From Candidatus Deferrimicrobiaceae bacterium (GTDB lineage Bacteria > Desulfobacterota > Deferrimicrobia > Deferrimicrobiales > Deferrimicrobiaceae), in the NCBI GenBank assembly GCA_036504035.1, contig DASXVV010000013.1:13302-77301 (forward strand): a DNA stretch of 64,000 nt, given 5' to 3'. The position numbers were made by a program, and so were the translations under genes. Below are positions 13,761 through 22,968 of this stretch, one piece after another (position 1 is the first letter of the stretch; each line of letters starts with the position of its first letter). Under the pieces are notes generated by a model. The model saw only the letters and a program-made list of their open reading frames with translations. It was not told where the DNA came from and did not search any database.

Positions 13761-16580
13761 GTGCCTGCCGCAAGGACCATCGCTATCCTGCTTCTGATGG
13801 GGGTGTTGGCGACCATGGCGCCAGGCGCCCGGGCCGCAGATGTTTACGACCAGGAAAAGTGCTCGCTTTGCCACATCCGGCAAAGCGTCTTTTTCGACGG
13901 CCGGTTCCTCTCCCCCGGACACGCGAAGGAGTTCGGCGAGGAACGGATCTGCTCCAGCTGCCACAACGGGGTCGTCTCCGACCAGCGGGGCATTCTCTGG
14001 CGGGGAGCCCAGCACCCCGCCCCGGGCGGAGGTGAGCAGAGGCGCTGCTCCCGCTGCCATTCCCCTCACACGAAGGGAGGCGGGTGGGGCGTTCTCGCAG
14101 GGACCTCCGCCTCGATCCGTCGCAATTCAGAAGCCCAGTGCGTCGGGTGCCACCAGGCGTATTCCACCCGGCAGGGCGCCATCCACATGAATCGCTTTCC
14201 CGAGGGTGGTTGCAAGGAATGCCACCGTGCCCATGGGGGAGTGGGGAAATCGCTGCTTCGGGAGGGCAGGGAAACGCTCTGCCTGAGATGCCACCCAACG
14301 AAGGATGCCGGCGGCAAGGGGGGACATCCGACCGCCTTGGCCGGGGAGGAATCCGGGCGAGGGCGCCCGTTTCCGGAATGCATATCCTGTCATCCCGTCC
14401 ACCCCCGCCCCGGCGCCGTCGTGAAGGGGGGAGCGTCCTTGTGCGCTACCTGTCATCCTGCCCTGAAGGAGGGGGATGGCAAGCCGAATCATCCGGGTGT
14501 CGGGGATTGCCTATCGTGCCACGTGTTCCATTCCCGGACGGGGGAAGGCGGGCGCGCGTTCCGCGGACGCGAGATCCGTCCCGAGATCCTTTGCGCGCGA
14601 TGTCACGCATCCTACAAGAGCGACACCCCGAAACAGGCGCGCGAGAAGGGGATGCACGTCACCAAGGTCGGCGAACGACAAGACCTCTGCTTCCGCTGCC
14701 ACACGATCCACAAGGCTGCGGCCGGCACGGCGCTTTTGCTCTCGGCCAAGGGTTATTCCTGCTTCGAGTGCCACGATCAGCAGAACAGCATCAGCGAAAC
14801 CCGCGGGATCGTGTTGTCGCACCCCGTCTTCGAGCGGGTCGAGAAGAACCGGTTCGAATCCGCCTTCGGAAAGGGAAAACGCCTTGTCCTGGGGCCCAAG
14901 GGGGAGATCGTCTGCCGGACCTGCCATTCCGTCCACAAGGCGGCGCCCGGAACGGCGTTGATCGTCGGGGGCGTGGGGGAGAGCGCCATCTGTTTCTCCT
15001 GCCATGAGGGAATGCGGGGGAAGGCGCACGTCGATCCCAAGATCGCCAAGGCCGGTGCGGGAAAGGATTTCGGCTGCGACATCTGCCACCCGGTGCACGG
15101 AAGGAACACGCTCGTGGATCCCGGCAAGGGGGAATCCCCGGATGATCCATGGAAAAAACTCTGCTCCGATTGCCACCCTCGCGTGTCGATGCACCTCGAA
15201 GGTGATGCCGACCGGTCCACGCGCCGCCCTGCCGACCTGCCGGCATTCGATACTCGCGGCCGTGCCGTCCGGATCGGGACGATATCGTGTCCGACCTGCC
15301 ATCAGCCGCACGGGATGCTCGACAGCCCCCGTCGGCTCAGGAAGGACTATCGTCCATCCGGCTTCTTGTGCACATCCTGCCACCCTGACAGGGAAAAACT
15401 CGCGCTGACGCCCCACGACCTGCGAGGGATTGCAGGGGAAGGGTTCTGCGAACCCTGCCATGTCCCGCACGGCGGGACATCGCCCTGGATGCTCGGGATC
15501 ACGCCGGATCCGGCAGCCAGCGGGCCGGGAGAGGCGATATGCAGATCGTGCCACAGGGAAAAAGGGTTGGCTTCGCCGGTGGCCAAGGCGGGGCACCCCA
15601 TGAACATCATGGTTGGGCGACCGATTCCGACGGTCTATCCTCTTTCGAATGTCAAAGACGGGGGCGTGGCCGGGATGCTCGTCTGCTCCTCCTGCCATGA
15701 CGTCCACGGAACGGGATTCGTCCCGGTCGGGACCGGGACAGGGAAGCTTCTCCGGATTCCCGCCGACCGACCCGAGGAGACATTGACGCGGAACGGCGAA
15801 TGCGTCCCCTGCCATGTGAAGATCTCCTCGCATGCGAAAGCCGATTGCATCTCGTGTCATCCTCCGCACCAGGACACGAAACCGGATTCGGGATGCGCCG
15901 GATGCCACGAAAGGAAGGAGGCCGGGACGGCCGCCCGGCACATCGGCAAGGGAACGGGATGTGTCGCCTGCCACCGGGTACACCCAAAGGAAGGGGGAGG
16001 CGAAAAGAAGCCGGAGCGTGTCTGCATCGGATGTCACCCGAAGACCGAACGGATCGTCGGGACCCCGCATGGGGATATCGAAGGGGGGCCGTGCGGAAGC
16101 TGTCATCCCGCCCACAAGGACCTGCCCCCGCCCGAGGTCCGGCGAAAGCCTTCCGATGAACTGTTCCTTCCGAACCTGCCTTGCCTTCGCTGTCACCAGG
16201 AGGGAGGGATTGCGCCGTTGCCGCCTCTGTCCGAGCATCCCAGCCGCAAGAGGAAGGTTCCGACCAATTACGGGGGTTCCGTCATCCTCGAGACGTTAAT
16301 CCCGATGGTCGGTCGTTTCCTGGAAGCGGGAAAACCAATGTTTCCGCTCTACGACGAAGGTCTAACGCCTGGGAACAACGGACGGATCGCTTGTCTGACC
16401 TGCCACGATCCCCACGCCGGCATCGGTATGTCCCCGGACGGCAAGGACCGGGCCGCGGGGGCTTATCTGCGCGACCCGTCCGACAATTTCATCGCTGAAA
16501 TCTGCGAGGGATGCCACCGCGGGGAAGCCTCGGAGCATGTCCGAAAATTCCACACGCTCCCGCGCAAGGAGATCGATTAA
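13761..16580 (+). CDS. Giant multiheme cytochrome c, 30 CXXCH motifs
   Basis: 939 aa. GTG start gives signal peptide MPAARTIAILLLMGVLATMAPGARA. I count 30 CXXCH, many as CXXCHxxH (for example CISCHPVH, CRTCHSVH, CPTCHQPH, CLTCHDPH). Confidence 0.92.
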   Translation: MPAARTIAILLLMGVLATMAPGARAADVYDQEKCSLCHIRQSVFFDGRFLSPGHAKEFGEERICSSCHNGVVSDQRGILWRGAQHPAPGGGEQRRCSRCHSPHTKGGGWGVLAGTSASIRRNSEAQCVGCHQAYSTRQGAIHMNRFPEGGCKECHRAHGGVGKSLLREGRETLCLRCHPTKDAGGKGGHPTALAGEESGRGRPFPECISCHPVHPRPGAVVKGGASLCATCHPALKEGDGKPNHPGVGDCLSCHVFHSRTGEGGRAFRGREIRPEILCARCHASYKSDTPKQAREKGMHVTKVGERQDLCFRCHTIHKAAAGTALLLSAKGYSCFECHDQQNSISETRGIVLSHPVFERVEKNRFESAFGKGKRLVLGPKGEIVCRTCHSVHKAAPGTALIVGGVGESAICFSCHEGMRGKAHVDPKIAKAGAGKDFGCDICHPVHGRNTLVDPGKGESPDDPWKKLCSDCHPRVSMHLEGDADRSTRRPADLPAFDTRGRAVRIGTISCPTCHQPHGMLDSPRRLRKDYRPSGFLCTSCHPDREKLALTPHDLRGIAGEGFCEPCHVPHGGTSPWMLGITPDPAASGPGEAICRSCHREKGLASPVAKAGHPMNIMVGRPIPTVYPLSNVKDGGVAGMLVCSSCHDVHGTGFVPVGTGTGKLLRIPADRPEETLTRNGECVPCHVKISSHAKADCISCHPPHQDTKPDSGCAGCHERKEAGTAARHIGKGTGCVACHRVHPKEGGGEKKPERVCIGCHPKTERIVGTPHGDIEGGPCGSCHPAHKDLPPPEVRRKPSDELFLPNLPCLRCHQEGGIAPLPPLSEHPSRKRKVPTNYGGSVILETLIPMVGRFLEAGKPMFPLYDEGLTPGNNGRIACLTCHDPHAGIGMSPDGKDRAAGAYLRDPSDNFIAEICEGCHRGEASEHVRKFHTLPRKEID

Positions 16581-16590
16581 ACTGGCACCC

Positions 16591-16947
16591 ATGGGAAACA
16601 ACGAGATCAGGCCCCGATCCGGGATGCGCCGCTATTTCCGGATCGCGCTTTATATTGTCGGTATCGCCGTCGTCGTCATTACGCTGGTACGGGACCAGGG
16701 CGTCATCGGCACATGGCGGCTTTCCCGGACAGAGAAGCAGCTCCTGGCCGAAAACGAAAAGCTGCGACAGGAAACGGCGCGCCTGCAGAACGAGGTCCAC
16801 AAACTGCGGACCAGCTGGGACATCATCGAAAAGCGGGCACGCGAGATGGGGCTCATCTATCCCGGTGAAGTCGTGATCGACACGCGCGGCGACAACAATG
16901 CGCTCTCCGGCCAACCCAGGGGCAAGGGAGGGCCGGGCCGTCCCTAG
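16591..16947 (+). CDS. ftsB: Septum formation initiator FtsB/DivIC-like protein
   Basis: Single TM (IALYIVGIAVVVITLV), then the coiled coil EKQLLAENEKLRQETARLQNEVHKLR and a REMGLIYPGE motif. The start is uncertain (16537, 16591 or 16624). Confidence 0.7.
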   Translation: MGNNEIRPRSGMRRYFRIALYIVGIAVVVITLVRDQGVIGTWRLSRTEKQLLAENEKLRQETARLQNEVHKLRTSWDIIEKRAREMGLIYPGEVVIDTRGDNNALSGQPRGKGGPGRP

Positions 16948-19078
16948 ATACCTTCGGCAAGCCGGGGCGCTGGCGCACCTGCTGCTCTCGCTTACGCTCA
17001 TCATCTCAAATCCATGGTCGACTGCTTACCGACACGCCGCTGCCTGGTGGGCACTGCTCGCGCTTGCGGTCGGCGCGATCCTTCTCCTGCATGGCGCCCA
17101 GGCCTCGCGGCGGGCATATTCCCTTCCGGACGTATCGGGGATTCTATGCTGGTTCGCCGCAGGCATCCTCGAATTGCACGGGGTCTTTCCTGTGATCTCG
17201 GGGGCTCGGGTGGTGGCCGCTCCGCTATTCCTCCTTTTCGCATGGTTCGCCCCCTCGACGGAACGGCTGATCGCGCTCGGCGTCATTGCAGCCTGGGGGA
17301 TCGCCTTCAATGCCGGGGATCTATCCAATGCCCTGGTCGGAACCGTCATCGACGCTGCCGTCTTCTTTCCGGCCGGCCGTCTGCTCGGTCGATGGCTCCC
17401 CTGGCCGCAAGGCTTTCTCCAGATCGAGAACCGGCGGCGTTCGGCCGGGGAGACGAAGTTCGATCAGCTTCCCGAACCGATCGGCGGCCGGCCGCCCTCC
17501 CGCGGGAGCGAGGAGCCGTTTCCGACCGATCGCCTCGACCGGTTGCGGAAATTTGCGAATCCCCTGGAGGGAGTCCGGCGCGTGGTCGAGGGCGTCCTCC
17601 CGCTTTGCGGATCCGATGTCGTCTTCTTCGCGCAGGGAAATCCATTGCGCATCGTCTTTTCGCAGCCCCCCGGGCGAGGGTTCGCTCCCGGCGACGCGCT
17701 CCCCGATCCACTGAAGAACCTCGTGGCCGAGGCGCTCGAGACGCGCCGGACGATCCGGTACGACGGGCGGAAGGAGGCCCCGATGCTCCTGTCGCTTGTT
17801 TCTGGAAAAGTCCGGCCGACTGCCCTTGCCCTGGTCCCCGTACAGAACGAGACCGGGGTCGCCGGAATTCTCGGCGCGGTCCGGCTCTCGGACGAAGCAT
17901 GGGAAGAGCCCGTCGTTCCGATGCTGGAACAGGGCGCCTTCTTCATCGGCCGGGAACTCGAGCTGAAGTCCAGGATCGAATCCGTCTATTGGGAGGTTGA
18001 CCGGGCCGACGGCATCTATCACCTGGTGCGGCGGATCGCGGAAGCGGCCGACCTGTCCCGTGAGGGGATTGGCGAAGGGCCGGATCGCCGCACCGCGCTC
18101 TACCGGATCACCTGCGAATGCGTCGGGAACCACCTGGATGCCGGGCGCGTGATGCTGGTCCAGGTCGAAAGAGGTGGGAAGACGGGTTCCATCGCGTGGG
18201 AAACCGGTGACGGGAGTCACGTCGAACCCCGGCGGGAGAACGTCGACCTCGGCACGACTTACATCGAGTGGGTTGCCCGGAAGGGGGAGCGGCGCCTGGT
18301 CAAGTCGTCCACGCCCATCCCGGTTCTTCCCGAAGAATGGCGGGAGGCGGGCGACGGGAGCGCCATACTTCTTCCCGTATCGCTTCCCGACGGTTTTCAA
18401 GGCGTCATGGCCTGTTTTTCACGGGACGGCGAGGATGCCTTCGATTTGCGCGACATTCTCCGGGGGGAGCAGTTCCTGAACGTCATGCGGATGGGCATCT
18501 CCCACACGGAGGAAGTCGAGCGGCTTGCGAACGAAGCCCAGACCGACGGGTTGACCGGCCTTCTCAATCGGAAAACATTTTGCGCCCGGCTTGATAAAGT
18601 TCTTGAGCGACTGGACCGTCGCCGTCCCTGTGCCGTCATCATGCTCGACATCGACCATTTCAAGCGGATCAACGACGGATACGGCCACCCGGCCGGCGAC
18701 GAGGTTATCCGCACGTTTGCCGGCGTCATCGAAAGGACGGTCCGGAAAGGCGATTTCGCCGGTCGCTATGGCGGCGAGGAGTTCGTCCTCTACATGGAGG
18801 ACGTCGATGGGGCGAAGGCGATGCAGGCGGCGGAACGTCTTCGACTGCTGATCCGGAACATCAAATACAACTTTTCAGGCAAGGAGATCATCGTGACCGC
18901 CTCGATGGGACTGGCCTGCTACCCCGATCACGGGATCCTTGGGGAAGAATTGATCAAGAATGCCGACGAGGCGCTTTATCGGTCCAAGGCCGGGGGACGC
19001 GACCGCGTCACGGCTCACGGACCGAGCGAGTCGAACCCGGTCGATTTGGCGTTGACGCCCTCGGGGCACAAGGGATAA
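16898..19078 (+). CDS. Membrane-bound GAF-domain diguanylate cyclase (GGEEF, I-site RKGD)
   Basis: 726 aa. Multi-TM N-terminus and a central GAF-like region. The C-terminal GGDEF domain has RKGDFAGRYGGEEF (GGEEF at 18770-18784). Confidence 0.88.
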   Translation: MRSPANPGAREGRAVPRYLRQAGALAHLLLSLTLIISNPWSTAYRHAAAWWALLALAVGAILLLHGAQASRRAYSLPDVSGILCWFAAGILELHGVFPVISGARVVAAPLFLLFAWFAPSTERLIALGVIAAWGIAFNAGDLSNALVGTVIDAAVFFPAGRLLGRWLPWPQGFLQIENRRRSAGETKFDQLPEPIGGRPPSRGSEEPFPTDRLDRLRKFANPLEGVRRVVEGVLPLCGSDVVFFAQGNPLRIVFSQPPGRGFAPGDALPDPLKNLVAEALETRRTIRYDGRKEAPMLLSLVSGKVRPTALALVPVQNETGVAGILGAVRLSDEAWEEPVVPMLEQGAFFIGRELELKSRIESVYWEVDRADGIYHLVRRIAEAADLSREGIGEGPDRRTALYRITCECVGNHLDAGRVMLVQVERGGKTGSIAWETGDGSHVEPRRENVDLGTTYIEWVARKGERRLVKSSTPIPVLPEEWREAGDGSAILLPVSLPDGFQGVMACFSRDGEDAFDLRDILRGEQFLNVMRMGISHTEEVERLANEAQTDGLTGLLNRKTFCARLDKVLERLDRRRPCAVIMLDIDHFKRINDGYGHPAGDEVIRTFAGVIERTVRKGDFAGRYGGEEFVLYMEDVDGAKAMQAAERLRLLIRNIKYNFSGKEIIVTASMGLACYPDHGILGEELIKNADEALYRSKAGGRDRVTAHGPSESNPVDLALTPSGHKG

Positions 19079-19131
19079 ACTACCCACTTTATTAAATAAA
19101 TTTGTATTCGGGGCCTGAATTGGACGTCCGC

Positions 19132-20784
19132 ATGTTGACCGGGGCGCTTGTGCGCTCTGCGGTCAGGAAGAAGCTCGACGAATGGGGGGTGGAAGACGAT
19201 ATCCCCGTCCTCCTGGAACTCCCACGGCAGGAAGAGCACGGCGACTACGCAATCAATATCGCCATGCAGATTGCCCGCCAACTGAAACGGAATCCGCGCG
19301 AAGTCGCCGCCGACCTGCTTTCCGCCATTCGTGAACAAGATACCGGCGGCTGGATTCGCGACCTTTCCGTCGCGGGGCCCGGCTTCATCAATCTGTTCCT
19401 TTCCGACTCCGCGTGGCGCGCGGTGACGGCCGCCGTACTTGTCGAACGGGAGCACTTCGGTGCATCGAAGGCAGGGCAAGGCAAGAAGGTCCTGCTCGAG
19501 TTCGTCTCCGCGAACCCTACCGGCCCGCTCCACGTGGGGCACGGGCGCGGGGCGGCGGTCGGCGATGCGCTGGGGCGTCTGCTTGCGTTCGCCGGCTATG
19601 AGGTCTACCGGGAATACTACGTCAACGACGTGGGCAACCAGATGGACAACCTGGGGCGGTCGCTTTTCGCGCGCTATCTCCAGGCATCCGGCAAGGCGGC
19701 CGAGCTGCCCGAGGCGGGTTACAAAGGTCAGTACATGATGGAACTCGCCGAGGAATTCCGGGCCGAAGTCGGGGACCGATATGTCGGGGTGCCAGAAGAG
19801 GAGGCTCTTCCTGTTTTCAGGAGGGTCGCCAACGAGCGGATCCTGGCCGGGATCGCGTCCGATCTTGAACGGTTCCGGGTCCACTACGACAACTGGTTCA
19901 GCGAAGCCACGCTGCACGACAGCGGCGTCGTCGAGGATTCGATCCGGGAGCTTCGTCACCGCGGCGAGCTCTACGAGAACGAGGGCGCGCTCTATTTCAA
20001 AAGCCTGGCGCACGGAGACGAAAAAGACCGGGTCCTGGTTCGCGCCGACGGACGAACCACCTACTTCGCCGCCGATGTCGCCTATCACCTCGACAAGTAC
20101 AGGCGCGGATTCGATACGATGCTCGACCTCTGGGGCGCCGATCATCACGGCTATGCTCCCCGGCTGCGCGCCTCGCTAGAAGGGCTCGGAGAAGATCCGT
20201 CCCGACTCGAGATCCTCCTGATCCAGTTCGTATCGTTGCTGCGGGACGGTGTCTCCGTCCAGATGTCGACCCGTTCCGGGGAGTTCACGACGCTTCGGGA
20301 AGTGCTCGACGAGGTCGGCGTCGATGCTGCTCGCTTCTTCTACCTGCTTCGCAGCCACCACACGCACCTCGAATTCGACCTGACGCTCGCGAAGACGCAT
20401 TCGAGCGACAACCCGGTCTACTACATCCAGTACGTCCATGCCCGGATCTGCAGCATCTTCCGCGAGGCCGAAAGCCGGGGTATCCCTAAACCCGACGTGA
20501 CGGCGCTCGACGCCCTGACGCTGCCGGCCGAGCTGGCCGTCATGAAGATGATCGCCCGGTTTCCCGACGTCATCTCCGAAACCATTCGACAGCGGGAGCC
20601 CCACCGGATCCCGTTCTACCTTCTCGATCTTTCGAAGGCGTTCCACGGGTTCTACAACCAGTACCGCTTCCTGGGCGAGGCGGCCGAGCGGACCGCCGGC
20701 CGGTTGGCGCTTGCGGACGCCGTACGCATCATCGTCTCGAACGGCCTTTCGCTGATCGGCGTCACGGCACCGGAGCAGATGTGA
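19132..20784 (+). CDS. argS: Arginine--tRNA ligase
   Basis: HIGH-type motif PTGPLHVGHGR and the QMSTRSG motif. ATG 19132 preferred over TTG 19102. Confidence 0.93.
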   Translation: MLTGALVRSAVRKKLDEWGVEDDIPVLLELPRQEEHGDYAINIAMQIARQLKRNPREVAADLLSAIREQDTGGWIRDLSVAGPGFINLFLSDSAWRAVTAAVLVEREHFGASKAGQGKKVLLEFVSANPTGPLHVGHGRGAAVGDALGRLLAFAGYEVYREYYVNDVGNQMDNLGRSLFARYLQASGKAAELPEAGYKGQYMMELAEEFRAEVGDRYVGVPEEEALPVFRRVANERILAGIASDLERFRVHYDNWFSEATLHDSGVVEDSIRELRHRGELYENEGALYFKSLAHGDEKDRVLVRADGRTTYFAADVAYHLDKYRRGFDTMLDLWGADHHGYAPRLRASLEGLGEDPSRLEILLIQFVSLLRDGVSVQMSTRSGEFTTLREVLDEVGVDAARFFYLLRSHHTHLEFDLTLAKTHSSDNPVYYIQYVHARICSIFREAESRGIPKPDVTALDALTLPAELAVMKMIARFPDVISETIRQREPHRIPFYLLDLSKAFHGFYNQYRFLGEAAERTAGRLALADAVRIIVSNGLSLIGVTAPEQM

Positions 20785-21467
20785 AGGCCCTCTACAACAA
20801 GAAAAGCTTCCGTTCCGAAGGGGGCCGACAATCCTTCGCGTTCTTTATCGTCGGCGCCGTGGTCGTCCTGGTCGCGGTTTTCCTCGTCGGGATCTATTTC
20901 GGCCGGGAGCTCGAAAAGGGGGGTGCTCCCTTCTCGGACAATCACGCATTCAAGACGGCCGGGGAAGGTCCTCGGGCCGAATGGGCGGTGCAGGGAGCGA
21001 ATGGCCCCGTTCGCGCCGGCGACAATATCCAACGCGAGATGGGCAAATTTTCGGAGGAGGCAGTCCGGGTTCCCGTCGTCCCCCCCGGACGGCCGGATTA
21101 CGTGCCGCCCGAACAGGATAACGCGCTGACCTTCCAGGACTCTCTCTCGAAGGAAGACCCCGAGCCAGTTCCCGTCGATAAGCCGCGTGAAAAATCGGGT
21201 CCGGCGAAGGGCGTCCCGCCTCCGGCTAAAAAGAGCACAGGAACGCTGATTCAGGCGGGGGCCTTCAAGGACAAGGAAAAAGCCGACGTTCGGCTCAAGA
21301 AGGTCGAGCAGGCGGGCTGCAAGGCGCACCTGGGCCGAAGCGGCAAGGACGGAAAGAGCGGCCTCTATGTCGTCCTCGCCGGACCCTACGCTGAAAAGGA
21401 TGCCGCGCGCAAGGCCATCTCAAAACTCAAGGCGGAGCAAAAGATCGATGCGATCATCGCCAAGTGA
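20781..21467 (+). CDS. SPOR-domain membrane protein (FtsN/DedD-like)
   Basis: GTG start overlaps the argS stop. N-terminal TM FAFFIVGAVVVLVAVFLVGIYF. C-terminal SPOR-like IQAGAFKDKEKADV...LYVVLAGPYAEKDAARKA. Confidence 0.8.
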   Translation: MKALYNKKSFRSEGGRQSFAFFIVGAVVVLVAVFLVGIYFGRELEKGGAPFSDNHAFKTAGEGPRAEWAVQGANGPVRAGDNIQREMGKFSEEAVRVPVVPPGRPDYVPPEQDNALTFQDSLSKEDPEPVPVDKPREKSGPAKGVPPPAKKSTGTLIQAGAFKDKEKADVRLKKVEQAGCKAHLGRSGKDGKSGLYVVLAGPYAEKDAARKAISKLKAEQKIDAIIAK

Positions 21468-22968
21468 CGAACGTTCCCTGACCGTCACCCCGTCGAGGGC
21501 GCAATTCGCGGCGAACGCGAAGGGCGGAGGCATCATTCCCGTCTGGCACGAGTTCTACGCCGATCTCGAGACTCCGGTATCCGCTTACCTCAAGATTTCC
21601 CGCCGGTTCCCGACCGACCACTTCCTGCTCGAGAGCGTCGAGGGGGGAGAGAAATGGGCGCGATATTCTTTCATCGGATTCGACCCCCTGATTCGCTTCC
21701 GGGCCGAGGCCGATTCCCTGACCATCGAGCGTGGTTCCCGGACCGAACGCCTTCCCGCATCGGACGATCCGCTCGCCTCGCTGCAGCAGCTGCTCGGACG
21801 TCTCAATTACCGGCACGCCGAAGGACTCCCGCGTTTGTCGGGCGGCGCGGTCGGCTTCATCGGGTACGATTACGTACGTCGACTTGAACGGATCCCCGAC
21901 CTGCATCCGGCGGCAGACATGCCCGAGGCCCTTTTCCTCTTCCCCTCGCGTCTGCTGGTGTTCGACAACGTCCGCCACAGCATTCTGATCGTCGTGCACG
22001 GCGAGGTGGCCGAAGGGGAGGATCCCGGCCCGGTCCACGACCGTTGCCTGCAGGGCATCGAGGAGGTCCGCACGCTGTTGCGCGATCCGCTCGTCTGGTC
22101 CGATATCCCGGTCGATTCCAAAGAAGCAGAGTTCCCGTTCGAGACGACGCGGGAGGAATTCGCAGAGTCGATCCGGAAGACCAAGGAATACATTCTCGAG
22201 GGCGACATCATCCAGGCGGTGCTTTCCAACCGGGCCGTCGTCCGGACCGATCGCACCCCCGAGGACGTCTATCGCGTATTGCGGGCGATGAATCCCTCCC
22301 CTTACATGTACCTGCTCAAGATGGGGGAAAACGCCGTGGTCGGATCCTCTCCCGAGGTTCTCGTCCGGCTGGAAGGTGATGTCATCCAGCTTCGCCCGAT
22401 CGCCGGGACCCGTCCGCGAGGGACGACCCCCGACGAGGACCGCCTGCTCGAGACCGAGCTGCTGTCCGACCCGAAGGAGACCGCCGAGCACGTCATGCTG
22501 GTCGACCTGGGCAGGAACGACGTGGGCCGCGTCGCGGCCGCCGGGACAGTCAAGGTCGACGAACTCATGGTGATCGAGCGCTATTCCCACGTCATGCACA
22601 TCGTTTCCAACGTGGTCGGTAAGCTCCGGGAGGGATTGACTGCGTTCGATGTCCTCCGGGCGGCGTTCCCGGCCGGGACCGTCAGCGGCGCCCCGAAAGT
22701 CCGCGCCATGCAGATCATCGAGGAGCTCGAGCCCTCGCGCCGGGGAATCTATGCGGGCGCCGTCGGCTATTTCGATTCCAAGGGAAGCATGGACTTCTGC
22801 ATCGCGATCCGGACCATCGTGATGCGGCCGGGAGAGGCCATTATCCAGGCGGGGGCGGGCATCGTGGCCGATTCCGATCCCGACCGCGAATGGGAAGAGA
22901 TCTGCAACAAGGCAAGCATCCTTTTCCGGGCGGTCGGCGTTCGCCGTCCGGAAGGGAGGCTTTCTTGA
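21448..22968 (+). CDS. trpE: Anthranilate synthase component I
   Basis: Chorismate-binding signature ([19 protein letters not shown]). ATG 21448 chosen. The track start at 21367 overlaps the SPOR gene by 100 nt. Confidence 0.92.
   Translation: MRSSPSDERSLTVTPSRAQFAANAKGGGIIPVWHEFYADLETPVSAYLKISRRFPTDHFLLESVEGGEKWARYSFIGFDPLIRFRAEADSLTIERGSRTERLPASDDPLASLQQLLGRLNYRHAEGLPRLSGGAVGFIGYDYVRRLERIPDLHPAADMPEALFLFPSRLLVFDNVRHSILIVVHGEVAEGEDPGPVHDRCLQGIEEVRTLLRDPLVWSDIPVDSKEAEFPFETTREEFAESIRKTKEYILEGDIIQAVLSNRAVVRTDRTPEDVYRVLRAMNPSPYMYLLKMGENAVVGSSPEVLVRLEGDVIQLRPIAGTRPRGTTPDEDRLLETELLSDPKETAEHVMLVDLGRNDVGRVAAAGTVKVDELMVIERYSHVMHIVSNVVGKLREGLTAFDVLRAAFPAGTVSGAPKVRAMQIIEELEPSRRGIYAGAVGYFDSKGSMDFCIAIRTIVMRPGEAIIQAGAGIVADSDPDREWEEICNKASILFRAVGVRRPEGRLS

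Noticed and set aside
14511-16238. 575-aa minus-strand ORF, plus several 100-300 aa alternative-frame ORFs, within the 30-heme cytochrome gene
   Set aside because: The plus-frame product has 30 regularly spaced CXXCH motifs and a signal peptide. The others lack motifs and are GC-driven open frames.
19079-19131. AT-rich near-palindrome TTTATTAAATAAATTTGTATTC upstream of argS, considered as an ARG box or terminator
   Set aside because: There is no stem-loop with a U-tract, and the match to the TGAAT-N4-ATTCA ARG-box pattern is poor. It may simply be promoter DNA, and I cannot support a specific call.
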